Shown here: positions 8,301 through 16,243 of the stretch, piece by piece
How positions within the stretch are numbered: position 1 is the first letter of the stretch
Layout: every line of letters starts with the position of its first letter
Assembly: GCA_937873445.1 (NCBI GenBank)
Contig: CALMWF010000047.1
Coordinates: 38,542 to 62,541, forward strand
Direction of reading: 5' to 3'
Length of the DNA stretch: 24,000 nucleotides
Source of the DNA: an uncultured Alphaproteobacteria bacterium
GTDB lineage: Bacteria > Pseudomonadota > Alphaproteobacteria > Rhizobiales > Aestuariivirgaceae
The notes under the pieces: model-generated
Database searches by the model: none
What the model was told of the DNA's origin: nothing
Seen by the model: the letters and a program-made list of their open reading frames with translations, nothing else
Translations under genes and position numbers: made by a program

Positions 8301-9161
8301 TCATTGCGCGGGGGCGAAGCCGCACTGTTTCTGCTCCATGTCGATCTGCTTGGTGATGCGGATGGCGTTTTCGGCATAGGCCTCGGTCACCGTGCCCTGG
8401 TTCACCACCTTGTCCTTGAGCGGGCTCACGTCCTTGCACAGGTGGAACACATGCGGTTCCGCCGACTTCTTGCCGCCGTTCTCCGGCGCGATCCAGTAGA
8501 CCACATCAAGCCCGTTGGGGTTGGCCGCCGAGGTGGTGGCCGCCGTCACCGCCGCGGTGTCCCGCGCGATGTCCTGGGCCTGGGCGGCCACTTCCGGCGA
8601 GCAGGCCGTGGTGGGCTGGCCGGAGCGGATCTGGGACGCACAGGCGTTCATATCCTCCGTGTACTGCTCAACCGAGGCGGGCTTGAAGTTCACCCCCATC
8701 AGCGTGGCAATGACCGCCAGCACCGCGCCCACGCCCCCGGCGATCTGCTTGTTCTTGGGGTCCATGTTCTTGTCCATGAAGATGAGGACAAGCAGCGGCA
8801 GGAAGGCGAGCACCGTCATGATGGCGCCCAGCTGGTTCTGGAAGAAGAAGCTGGCCGGATTGGCCTTGCTGGCCGGATCCTTGCGATAGGCGGCCTTCCA
8901 CATCATGCTGCCGGCAATGGCGAACACGGCAATGCCCACCAGAAGGCCGATGAGCAGCGGCATGTTGCCATTGCCATTGCCCGCACCGGCGTCAAACTTG
9001 TGATGCATCAGCAGGTAAATGGCGGCCACCTCGCCGCCGATGGCAATGATCCACGCCAGCCAGGCGAAAATGCGCAGGCGGCTGGCCGCGCTCTTCTGGG
9101 CCTGTGTGGCGGCCCAGGCCTTGGTGACATCGCCGCCAGCGGCGGGTTTCTCGTCGGACAT
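8301..9161 (-). CDS. Hypothetical integral membrane protein (about 4 TM segments plus a C-terminal Cys-containing soluble domain)
   Basis: An SD is present (reverse complement reads tttGAGAGGAttgatcATG), with the ATG at 9161 (MSDEKPAAGG). Hydrophobic helices include IFAWLAWIIAIGGEVAAIYLLM, PLLIGLLVGIAVFAIAGSMMW, LGAIMTVLAFLPLLVLIFM and IAGGVGAVLAVIATLMGV. Third-position GC is high. The opposite-strand ORF 8304..9197 is Arg/Gly/His-rich junk. Confidence 0.7.
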   Translation of the reverse strand: MSDEKPAAGGDVTKAWAATQAQKSAASRLRIFAWLAWIIAIGGEVAAIYLLMHHKFDAGAGNGNGNMPLLIGLLVGIAVFAIAGSMMWKAAYRKDPASKANPASFFFQNQLGAIMTVLAFLPLLVLIFMDKNMDPKNKQIAGGVGAVLAVIATLMGVNFKPASVEQYTEDMNACASQIRSGQPTTACSPEVAAQAQDIARDTAAVTAATTSAANPNGLDVVYWIAPENGGKKSAEPHVFHLCKDVSPLKDKVVNQGTVTEAYAENAIRITKQIDMEQKQCGFAPAQ

Positions 9162-9280
9162 GATCAATCCTCTCAAATAAATGGCGCGTGCCGGTGAGGC
9201 GCCCGTCTTTACACCACTCCGGCCGTGCCGTCACCAGCGGCCATGTCGCCGTGAACTGCGGCGCGGGCGCCAAGTCGCTG

Positions 9281-9754
9281 TCAATATAAGGGTGTTGTGG
9301 CGGGGGCCTTGCCCCGGTCCTTCGGGCACCGGCCCGCGCCTGCCCCACCATGCGGGGTCTCGAAGCTGCATTTTCTCTCCGGCGGAATGCCGCAAAGCCT
9401 GGTGATTTTGGCAATGGCGACGCACTGCCCCGTGGCCCTGAGGCGATAGCCGGAAAAGCCCTGGCAATAGCAGGGAACAGAACGCGCAAGCGGCGGGCTG
9501 GTCTTTATCGGCCTGGAGGGTCGGTGCGGCGCGGCGGGCGCTGATGTGGCGCGGCGCGGGCGCTTCACCCTGGCGGGCGCAGGCGGCACGGGCGGCACAA
9601 GCCGCGTTCCGCCGCGATGACAGTGATAACCGCCGGTCTTGCGATTGTGGTGGCAGCCCTGTGCATCAAGCCTGCCGCCATGCGCCAGAGCCAGCGGGGG
9701 GAGCGCAGCCAGCGCCATCAGTAATGCCGCTGCACGCCACGCTCCCTGCCGCAT
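9281..9754 (-). CDS. Secreted YHYH-motif domain protein with a Pro/Arg-rich linker and a Cys-rich C-terminal segment
   Basis: The signal peptide is MRQGAWRAAALLMALAALPPLALA. It is followed by HGGRLDAQGCHHNRKTGGYHCH, the conserved block of YHYH proteins. I place the start at ATG 9754, which has a G-rich SD-like stretch upstream (GGGGGCGGAAG). The track start at 9802 is less likely. Confidence 0.6.
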   Translation of the reverse strand: MRQGAWRAAALLMALAALPPLALAHGGRLDAQGCHHNRKTGGYHCHRGGTRLVPPVPPAPARVKRPRRATSAPAAPHRPSRPIKTSPPLARSVPCYCQGFSGYRLRATGQCVAIAKITRLCGIPPERKCSFETPHGGAGAGRCPKDRGKAPATTPLY

Positions 9755-9934
9755 CTTCCGCCCCCGGACGCCCCCGCCGGTCAACATCAGCCTCGCCGCC
9801 ATCCCTGTCCATAGGGGACAATTCCCCCCTCGATTGTGAGTTGCGGCCTCTCAAACCGGCAGTCACGACGAAACAGGACTCTATTAAGCCTGTTTTTCCG
9901 GGGATTTTTCAACGGACAAAAGGCCAGACCACGC

Positions 9935-9963
9935 TTGCCGCCTGCTGATTCTCCTGACATCTT
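9935..9963 (+). promoter_or_regulatory. Candidate sigma70-type promoter of the permease gene
   Basis: TTGCCG (9935..9940), a 17-nt spacer, then CATCTT (9958..9963). This would give a leader of about 36 nt ending in the SD GGGGGAGAG before ATG 10006. The cspA upstream region has the same -35 hexamer and spacing. Confidence 0.3.
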
Positions 9964-10005
9964 CAGTCCAAAGGCTGAACAACAAGCCAAGGACGGGGGA
10001 GAGAC

Positions 10006-11373
10006 ATGTCTGGGGAAGCGGGCCTTGCCAAGGGTGCACTTGGCGTTGCGGAATCGGTTGTCATGGGCATTGCGGGCACGGCACCCGCCTTCAGCGTTGC
10101 CGTGACCACCGCTACCATTGTGGCCGCGGTGGGTGTGCTGTCGGTTGGCAGCATTCTTTATTGCGGCCTCATCATGTTTGGCATCATGCTGGGCTTCAAG
10201 AATCTGAACAAGATGTCGCCCAATGCCGGTGCCACCTATGCCTGGGTGAGCAGCGTGTTCGGACCGGCCTGGGGCTTCTTCGCGGGCTGGGGCCTGCTGG
10301 TGGCCTCGGTGGTCTTCATGGTGTCTGCCACCATTCCCGCCGCCACCTCCACCCTGCTGCTGCTGGCCCCGCAACATGTGGAAAGCACCGGCTGGGTCAC
10401 CTTCACTGCCGCCATTTGGCTCACCGTGGTAACGGCGGTCGTCACCAAGGGCATCAAACACGCCAGTTACGCCCAGGTGACCCTCACCATCATCGAGACC
10501 GCCATTGTCTTCGCGCTGATCGGCGCCGCCTTCTATCAATACTGGGGCGCGCCGGCCCATCCGCCGTCCTGGTCGTGGATTGCGCCCACCTCCTTCACGC
10601 CCCAGCTGTTCGCCACTGGCGCGCTCACCGCCATCTTCTTCTACTGGGGCTGGGACGTGACCATGAACCTGGGTGAGGAAACCAAGGACGGCGAGCCTTC
10701 GCCAGCCGGTCAGGGCGCCTTCTGGGCCATGATCAACCTCATCCTGTTCTTCATCATCATGATGATCGTGGTGCTCATTGTGCTGACCGACGAGGAAATC
10801 GCCAAGGCCAACACCAATGTGCTCTACGCCATTGCCGACAAGCTGTTCAGCCCGCCCTGGAGCTATCTGGCGGTGCTGTCCACCATTCTCAGCACGGTGG
10901 GCACCATCGAAACCCAGATCCTGCAGTTCAGCCGCTCCATGTTTGCCATGGCGCGCGACAACATGCTGCATCCGCGCTACGCCAAAATCCATCCCGAATG
11001 GCAAACGCCCTACATCGCCACCGTCGTCATCTGGCTCATGGGCATCCTGCTGCTGTTCAGTTCGTCCTACATGCCCTCGGTCAGCACCATCCTGAATGCC
11101 TCCATCCTCGCCATCGGCATCCAGATCTGCTTCTACATGGGGCTGGCCGGCTATGCCTGCGCCTGGCATTACCGCCATATGCTGAAGGGTGACTTCGCTG
11201 ACGCCTTCACCCATGTCATCTGGCCGTTTCTCGGGGCGGCCTTCATGACCTTCATCGGCATCTACAGCATCCCGACCTTTGACACCGTCACCCTTGTCGT
11301 CGGACTGGGCGGATTGCTGGTGGGCCTCATACCCCTGCTGCTGTCGCGCAGCCGCAAGACAGTCAGCGCCTGA
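10006..11373 (+). CDS. APC-superfamily amino acid/polyamine permease
   Basis: The protein is 455 aa with about 12 hydrophobic segments. The N-terminal block GVAESVVMGIAGTAPAFS...FGIMLGFKNLNKMSPNAGATYAWVS is typical of amino-acid permeases. A strong SD (GGGGGAGAG) precedes the start. Confidence 0.85.
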   Translation: MSGEAGLAKGALGVAESVVMGIAGTAPAFSVAVTTATIVAAVGVLSVGSILYCGLIMFGIMLGFKNLNKMSPNAGATYAWVSSVFGPAWGFFAGWGLLVASVVFMVSATIPAATSTLLLLAPQHVESTGWVTFTAAIWLTVVTAVVTKGIKHASYAQVTLTIIETAIVFALIGAAFYQYWGAPAHPPSWSWIAPTSFTPQLFATGALTAIFFYWGWDVTMNLGEETKDGEPSPAGQGAFWAMINLILFFIIMMIVVLIVLTDEEIAKANTNVLYAIADKLFSPPWSYLAVLSTILSTVGTIETQILQFSRSMFAMARDNMLHPRYAKIHPEWQTPYIATVVIWLMGILLLFSSSYMPSVSTILNASILAIGIQICFYMGLAGYACAWHYRHMLKGDFADAFTHVIWPFLGAAFMTFIGIYSIPTFDTVTLVVGLGGLLVGLIPLLLSRSRKTVSA

Positions 11374-11380
11374 AAAGCCA

Positions 11381-11408
11381 GGCGGCCAACGCTGCATCGT
11401 TGGCCGCC
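11381..11408 (+). terminator. Terminator-like hairpin after the permease gene
   Basis: A perfect 11-bp stem: GGCGGCCAACG (11381..11391), loop ctgcat, CGTTGGCCGCC (11398..11408). It starts 8 nt after the stop codon. The 3' tract ggttcccttg is only moderately T-rich. Confidence 0.6.
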
Positions 11409-11519
11409 GGTTCCCTTGAATCGTCCCCTGCCCATGGCCTGAGCATCATGCCGCCCTTGGACGGAGCTTGCCCCCGCCGCCGTTTCGCGCTTTCATCCCA
11501 CCCGAAAAAGGGTGCCTGA

Positions 11520-11996
11520 ATGAGCTTTGACCTGCGCGACATGACCAAATGGGACAAGCGCTTTTTTGCTGTCTGCGATCTTGTGGCCTCATGGAGCGAG
11601 GACCAGAGCCGCAAGGTGGGCGCGGTCATTGTCGGGCCGGGGCAGGAAATCCGCTCCACCGGCTACAATGGCTTTCCGCGCGGCGTGAAGGCCGATGACC
11701 CTTCCCGCCACAGCAAGGAGGGCGGCGAGAAATATCACTGGTTTGAACACGCCGAGCGCAACGCCATCTACAACGCCGCCCGCCACGGCACCGGCCTTCA
11801 GGGCTGCACCCTCTATGCCAATCTGTTCCCCTGCGCCGATTGTGTCCGCGCCATCATCCAGTCCGGCATTGCCCACCTCAAGACCTATGAAATGCCGGAG
11901 AGCGACCAGACCTATGCCCGCAGCTTCGTTGTCTCCATGGACATGCTGCGTGAGGCCGGCATCACCGTCTCCACCTATCGCCGCCCGGCCCCCTGA
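11520..11996 (+). CDS. Deoxycytidylate (dCMP) deaminase, ComEB/Dcd-type zinc deaminase
   Basis: The CDA zinc motifs HAERNAI and PCADCVRAIIQSGI are present, and the size (158 aa) is typical of bacterial dCMP deaminases. Confidence 0.85.
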   Translation: MSFDLRDMTKWDKRFFAVCDLVASWSEDQSRKVGAVIVGPGQEIRSTGYNGFPRGVKADDPSRHSKEGGEKYHWFEHAERNAIYNAARHGTGLQGCTLYANLFPCADCVRAIIQSGIAHLKTYEMPESDQTYARSFVVSMDMLREAGITVSTYRRPAP

Positions 11997-12082
11997 CAGC
12001 CCCCCGCCCAGACCCCCGTTAACCCTTGGCTAACCATGCCGGGTCCAGTTTGGCCCGGATGATTTGCTCTGGGGGCTTAAAG

Positions 12083-12304
12083 ATGCTGCGGGTTCTTGTG
12101 ATGATTCTGGCGCTGGCGCCACAGCCGGTGCTGGCGGGCGGCCTGTCGCCTATTTTCGGTTCCGAGGGCACCCCACCCCTGCAACTGGCCATGGATGCTG
12201 CCGGTCAGCCTGCCACAGCCACGGCGGCAGCGGCCCCGACCGTTCCGGCCCCTGCGGTCACGGTCATTCACGTTCCTGCGCCCGCCAACACGGCGGCGCG
12301 CTGA
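12083..12304 (+). CDS. Small Pro/Ala-rich secreted hypothetical protein (73 aa)
   Basis: The start is ATG 12083, 7 nt after a GGGGG stretch. The N-terminus MLRVLVMILALAPQPVLAGG looks like a signal peptide. Third-position GC is fairly high. I recognise no family. It could be non-coding. Confidence 0.35.
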   Translation: MLRVLVMILALAPQPVLAGGLSPIFGSEGTPPLQLAMDAAGQPATATAAAAPTVPAPAVTVIHVPAPANTAAR

Positions 12305-12399
12305 ACCCGGGCTTGTCCCTGCAAGCAGATGGTCGTGCCCCCTTTTCCTTAATCCCGCCACATGCTAGTGCGAGGTCAGGGTCAATCGGGGGACTGCCC

Positions 12400-12837
12400 A
12401 TGCATCGCATTGCCAAGACACTGAAAATTTCCATTGCTGCGGCTTCCGCCATAAGCCTTGCCGCCTGTTCCAATTTTGGCGGCGGCGGCATGTCGGCAGG
12501 CCGGCCGTCCTATCAGCCGGAGGCCGCACCCACCGCCCCGTCAGGGCCTGGGCAACTGACCGCCAGCCAGATCAAGTCGGCGCTGTCCGGCAAGAGCTGG
12601 CGCTGGCAGGGCCCCACTAACAGCGGTGTCACCCTTTATGCCTCGGATGGCACATCGCTGGTTGAAGTGACCGGCAAGGGCACCACCACCGGCAAATGGC
12701 TGGTGAAGGATGGCCAGCTGTGCGAAAGCTTCTCGCCCGCCCCCTTCCTGCCCAAGGGTGTGCCCATGACCTGCCAGCCCTTCTCTGGCTCCAACAATGT
12801 TTATCAGGTGGGCGCAGCCACCTTCACCCTGGCTTAA
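12400..12837 (+). CDS. Lipoprotein, paralog of 13752..14165 (DUF995-like small periplasmic domain)
   Basis: An SD (GGGGGA) lies 6 nt before ATG 12400. The lipobox reads ISLAAC|S. ORF 12064..12837 is an over-extension. The domain LTASQIKSALSGKSWRWQG...GVTLYASDGT...GKGTTTGKWLVKDGQLCESFSPAP aligns with the second lipoprotein. Confidence 0.75.
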   Translation: MHRIAKTLKISIAAASAISLAACSNFGGGGMSAGRPSYQPEAAPTAPSGPGQLTASQIKSALSGKSWRWQGPTNSGVTLYASDGTSLVEVTGKGTTTGKWLVKDGQLCESFSPAPFLPKGVPMTCQPFSGSNNVYQVGAATFTLA

Positions 12838-12934
12838 CCGGCGCACAGCGAATCTGCCGTCACAGATTCGCCATGCCGCCATCACGGTTCTGCCGCGCGG
12901 CGGAACCATGATGGTGCCTGACCGTTGAGAGCCC

Positions 12935-13645
12935 ATGACCGACCATTCCATCCCGCTGATGAACCGCCGCCGCCTCGTGCTGGGCAGCATTGCCCTGCTC
13001 ACCTGTGGCAGCCGTGCCGTTGCCCAGGCCCATCCGCTTTATGGCGGCAGTGATCCTGGTGCTGATCCCTCGCTCGCCGCCCCCTGGCAGAGTGACCCCA
13101 CCCTGCTGCCGCCCAAGGAATCGGAGACCGATTTTCCGGTGCCTCAGGTCAACCCTGATATCATTCCGGCCGAGTTCCGCCGCCAGACCGTTCCCAATAA
13201 CAGCAGCTACAAGCCGGGCACCGTCATCGTCGATCCGGCCCACCGCTTTCTCTACTATGTGCAGGACCAGACCACCGCCATCCGCTTTGGCGTGGGCGTG
13301 GGCCGCGCCGGCTTTGCCTGGTCGGGCTCGGCCAGGGTGGGCATGAAACGGCGCTGGCCGCGCTGGGTGCCGCCGGTGGAGATGGTGCAGCGTGACGAGC
13401 GCGCCGCCAAATGGCCGAACGGCATGCCGGGTGGACCGGAAAATCCGCTGGGCGCGCGGGCGCTTTATCTCTTTGTCGGCAATGAAGACACGCTCTACCG
13501 CATTCACGGCACCAATGAACCCAGGACCATCGGCACTGCCGTTTCGTCAGGCTGTGTGCGCATGTTGAACCAGGACATTGCCGAATTGTTCGATCTGGTG
13601 CCGGTGGGCGCGCCGGTGGAGGTTCTGGCCGGCGAACCTGTCTGA
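12935..13645 (+). CDS. L,D-transpeptidase (YkuD domain), Tat/Sec-exported
   Basis: The catalytic block YRIHGTNEPRTIGTAVSSGCVRMLNQDIAELF is the YkuD H-G-(S/T)...S.GC.R motif. The N-terminus MNRRRLVLGSIALLTCGSRAVAQA is twin-arginine-like. The start is either ATG 12935 or ATG 12959. Confidence 0.9.
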   Translation: MTDHSIPLMNRRRLVLGSIALLTCGSRAVAQAHPLYGGSDPGADPSLAAPWQSDPTLLPPKESETDFPVPQVNPDIIPAEFRRQTVPNNSSYKPGTVIVDPAHRFLYYVQDQTTAIRFGVGVGRAGFAWSGSARVGMKRRWPRWVPPVEMVQRDERAAKWPNGMPGGPENPLGARALYLFVGNEDTLYRIHGTNEPRTIGTAVSSGCVRMLNQDIAELFDLVPVGAPVEVLAGEPV

Positions 13646-13685
13646 CGGTTTGCCGTTTTTCCGACACAGAACATCGTCATAGCAC

Positions 13686-13703
13686 GGGGCCTTGCGAGGC
13701 CCC
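13686..13703 (+). terminator. Short GC-rich stem-loop after the L,D-transpeptidase gene
   Basis: GGGGCCT (13686..13692), loop tgcg, AGGCCCC (13697..13703). It lies 41 nt after the stop. No clear U-tract follows. Confidence 0.35.
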
Positions 13704-13751
13704 GATGCTTATGGCATTGCGGGCACCGCACTGCACCGCTAGGGGGACTTC

Positions 13752-14165
13752 GTGACGCACGCCACCGCCAGACTCATCACCGTGACGGCCCTTGCCGCCC
13801 TGGCACTGGCGGGCTGTTCCAACGGGCCAAAGGGCGTGCGCATCACCAATGGCGGCACCTCGGCCACCTCCGCCAAGCAGGGCGCCCCCATTCGCGCCCT
13901 GTCGGGGTCCGACGTCAGCGCCGCACTGGTCGGCAAGACCTTCCAGTACACCGGCGACGGCGGCAACGGCTTCGTCACCTATAACGGCGACGGCACCTTC
14001 AACTATCAGGATGACAGCAAGGGCGAAGGCACCGGGAGATGGACCGTCTCCGGCGGCCAGTATTGCGAAAGCTATGGCAGCGCCCCGGCCAAATGCGGCG
14101 AGTTCAAATCCACCGGTGATGCCTATTTTGCCGCCGGCACCCATCTCGTCGAAATGAAAGTCTGA
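13752..14165 (+). CDS. Lipoprotein, paralog of 12400..12837 (DUF995-like)
   Basis: The start is GTG, preceded by AGGGGGA (13741..13747). The lipobox reads LALAGC|S. The domain LSGSDVSAALVGKTFQYTG...GFVTYNGDGT...GEGTGRWTVSGGQYCESYGSAP aligns with the first lipoprotein. Confidence 0.75.
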   Translation: MTHATARLITVTALAALALAGCSNGPKGVRITNGGTSATSAKQGAPIRALSGSDVSAALVGKTFQYTGDGGNGFVTYNGDGTFNYQDDSKGEGTGRWTVSGGQYCESYGSAPAKCGEFKSTGDAYFAAGTHLVEMKV

Positions 14166-14186
14166 CCCCTCATTCGAAGGGTCAGA
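14161..14186 (+). terminator. Stem-loop spanning the lipoprotein stop codon
   Basis: TCTGACCC (14161..14168), a 10-nt loop, GGGTCAGA (14179..14186). The TGA stop at 14163..14165 sits inside the stem. There is no U-tract. Confidence 0.35.
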
Positions 14187-14271
14187 GATCTGCCTGCAGG
14201 GTGATGGCAACGACCCCTCGATCAGCCTGACTTTTGACGGTTGCGGCAAAAGACAGAAAGCTGCCCGCCCA

Positions 14272-14319
14272 CAAAAAGTGAGAGCGGACGTTTTGTTCCG
14301 TCAGAATCTGTTCCGCTCT
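14272..14319 (-). terminator. Possible terminator of the MBL hydrolase gene
   Basis: The - strand reads AGAGCGGA...(23-nt loop)...TCCGCTCT followed by cacTTTTTg. The + strand arms are at 14281..14288 and 14312..14319. The upstream arm includes the TAG stop. The long loop weakens the call. Confidence 0.35.
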
Positions 14320-14974
14320 AGGCTTTCTCTTCCATCTCGCGGATGAAGGGATTGCTCTCACGCTCATGGCCAATCTGGCTGGCCGGGCCGTGGCCGGGCA
14401 GAAACACCACCTCATCCCCCAGCGTCAGAATGCGGCTGTGGATGGAGCCCATGAGCTGGTCGTAGGAGCCGCGCGGCAGGTCGGTGCGGCCGATGGACCC
14501 CTGAAACAGCACATCGCCCATGAGCGCGAATTGCGCCTCCGGCTGGAAATACACCACCGACCCCGGCGAGTGGCCTGGCGCATGAATGACCCGGAAGGAA
14601 AGCCCGCCCACCGTCACCGTATCGTCATGGCCAAGCCAGCGGTCCGGTGTCACCGCCCGCGCCGCCATGATGCCATAGCGCACCCCCGTCTCCGCCAGGC
14701 TTTGCAGCAGGAAGTCATCCGCGCGTTCCGGCCCCTCCACCGGCACCTTCAGCGCCTCGCTGAGTTCCGCCGCACCCCCGGCATGGTCAATATGGCCGTG
14801 GGTCAGCAGAATTTTCTCCACCGTCACCCCCGCCTTGGTGATGGCATTGAGAATGACGGGAATGTCGCCGCCGGGATCCACCACGGCGGCGCGGTGGGTT
14901 TCACTGTCGATCACCAGTGAACAGTTCTGCTGCAGGGGCGTAACGGGAATGACGATGACTTTGAGACGCGACAT
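14318..14974 (-). CDS. MBL-fold metallo-hydrolase (glyoxalase II-like)
   Basis: The metal-binding motif LLTHGHIDHAGG (HxHxDH) is present, with downstream HAPGHSPGS and LPGHG. The size is 218 aa. Confidence 0.85.
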   Translation of the reverse strand: MSRLKVIVIPVTPLQQNCSLVIDSETHRAAVVDPGGDIPVILNAITKAGVTVEKILLTHGHIDHAGGAAELSEALKVPVEGPERADDFLLQSLAETGVRYGIMAARAVTPDRWLGHDDTVTVGGLSFRVIHAPGHSPGSVVYFQPEAQFALMGDVLFQGSIGRTDLPRGSYDQLMGSIHSRILTLGDEVVFLPGHGPASQIGHERESNPFIREMEEKA

Positions 14975-15055
14975 GCGCCGATGCTACGCCGGTGCGGGGG
15001 CGGGTGCAATCACGGCCATGTTGTGTCCGTCAGCCCGAGCCGCTACACCGTGCTC

Positions 15056-16234
15056 ATGACAGCCGCCGCGCCGCAGCGCACCAACATTCCCGTGCTGGCG
15101 GCCGCCATTGCCGCCATCGCCGCCTGTGACATTGCCATGGGGCTGACGCTTCAGCTTCTGCCCCTCATCATGGAAAAAAAGGGCCTGCCCGCCTGGCTCA
15201 TCGGCCTCAACACCGCCATGGGCCCCCTGGGCATTCTCGTTGCCGGCCCCTTCATTCCCCGGCTGGTGGCCCGCCATGGCGCGCGCAGCCTGGGCCTCAT
15301 TCTGCTCGGTCTCACCTTCCTGTGCCTGCTGCTCTTTGCTGCCGTGCCGGATTACCGCCTGTGGTTTCCGGTGCGCTTCATGACCGGTGTGGCGGCGGGC
15401 GGCTTCTTCACCATCAGCGAGGCGCTGGTCATTTCCTCCGCCACCGACCAGAACCGCGGCCGCATCATGGGCCTCTACACCACGGTGCTGGCTGTCACCT
15501 TCTCCATGGGCCCGCTGTTCGTGCCCTGGACCGGCATTGACGGCTGGCTGCCCTGGATTGCCGGGCTTGTCTGCGTGGCGCTGGCAGGCCTGCCGCTTCT
15601 GACCCTGCGCGCCGCCCCGACCTTTGAGGGTGAGGGCAAGGGCGCCATGGCCCGGGTGCTGAGGCGCGCACCCCTGCTCTTTCTCGCGGTGGGCGCGGCC
15701 ACCCTGTTTGACAGCGTGCTCATCTCCTTTTTCACCATCTTCGGCCTGCGCCATGGCCTGTCCCTTGCCGAGGCCAGCCGCATTCTCGGCCTTGCCATCA
15801 TCGGCAATGCCGCCCTGTTCTATCCCATGGGCTGGCTGGCCGATCACTGGTCGCGGGGCGGCGTCACGCTGCTCACCGCCGCCATCACCGTGGCCTGCAC
15901 CCTGGCGCTGCCCTTTGTCATCACCACCCTCTGGATCTGGCCGCTCATGCTCATCCTCACCGCGGCGGCCTTCGGGGTTTATGTGGTGGCACTGGCCATG
16001 CTGGGCGACACCTTCAAGGGGCCGGAGATGATTGCCGGATCCGCCGCCGTGGCCGCCATGTGGGGCGTGGGCGGCCTCATCGGCCCGCCCGCCGCCGGGG
16101 CCGCCATCGACGCCTTCGGCATCAACGCCATGCCCATGGTGCTGGCAGCCGTCTATGGCACGCTGGTGGTGGTGCTGCTGGCGCGGCGCGGCCAGCTGGT
16201 CCGCCCCCTTGCTGATGCCGAAGCCCGGGCCTAA
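15056..16234 (+). CDS. MFS transporter
   Basis: The protein has about 12 hydrophobic segments with the two-fold MFS layout and a central loop RAAPTFEGEGKGAMARVLRR. I place the start at ATG 15056 (MTAAAPQRTN). The track start at 14981 would nearly abut the divergent gene. Confidence 0.75.
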   Translation: MTAAAPQRTNIPVLAAAIAAIAACDIAMGLTLQLLPLIMEKKGLPAWLIGLNTAMGPLGILVAGPFIPRLVARHGARSLGLILLGLTFLCLLLFAAVPDYRLWFPVRFMTGVAAGGFFTISEALVISSATDQNRGRIMGLYTTVLAVTFSMGPLFVPWTGIDGWLPWIAGLVCVALAGLPLLTLRAAPTFEGEGKGAMARVLRRAPLLFLAVGAATLFDSVLISFFTIFGLRHGLSLAEASRILGLAIIGNAALFYPMGWLADHWSRGGVTLLTAAITVACTLALPFVITTLWIWPLMLILTAAAFGVYVVALAMLGDTFKGPEMIAGSAAVAAMWGVGGLIGPPAAGAAIDAFGINAMPMVLAAVYGTLVVVLLARRGQLVRPLADAEARA

Positions 16235-16243
16235 ACAGCCGCC

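Noticed and set aside
8304-9197. A 297-aa + strand ORF mirroring the membrane-protein gene
   Set aside because: The translation is Arg/Gly/His-rich with no SD. The minus-strand frame has an SD, four clear TM helices and a matching terminator.
9787-11397. A 536-aa minus-strand ORF
   Set aside because: It is antisense to the APC permease gene, which has an SD and 12 TM segments. The translation is Gly/His/Asp/Arg-rich junk. This is the same high-GC artefact.
11520-11996. The dCMP deaminase, considered as a possible anti-phage nucleotide-depletion (dCTP deaminase) defence gene
   Set aside because: It is only 158 aa with the plain ComEB/dCMP-deaminase layout and no extra N-terminal kinase-like domain. 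Its composition is native and it has no defence-gene neighbours. A housekeeping role is the simplest reading.
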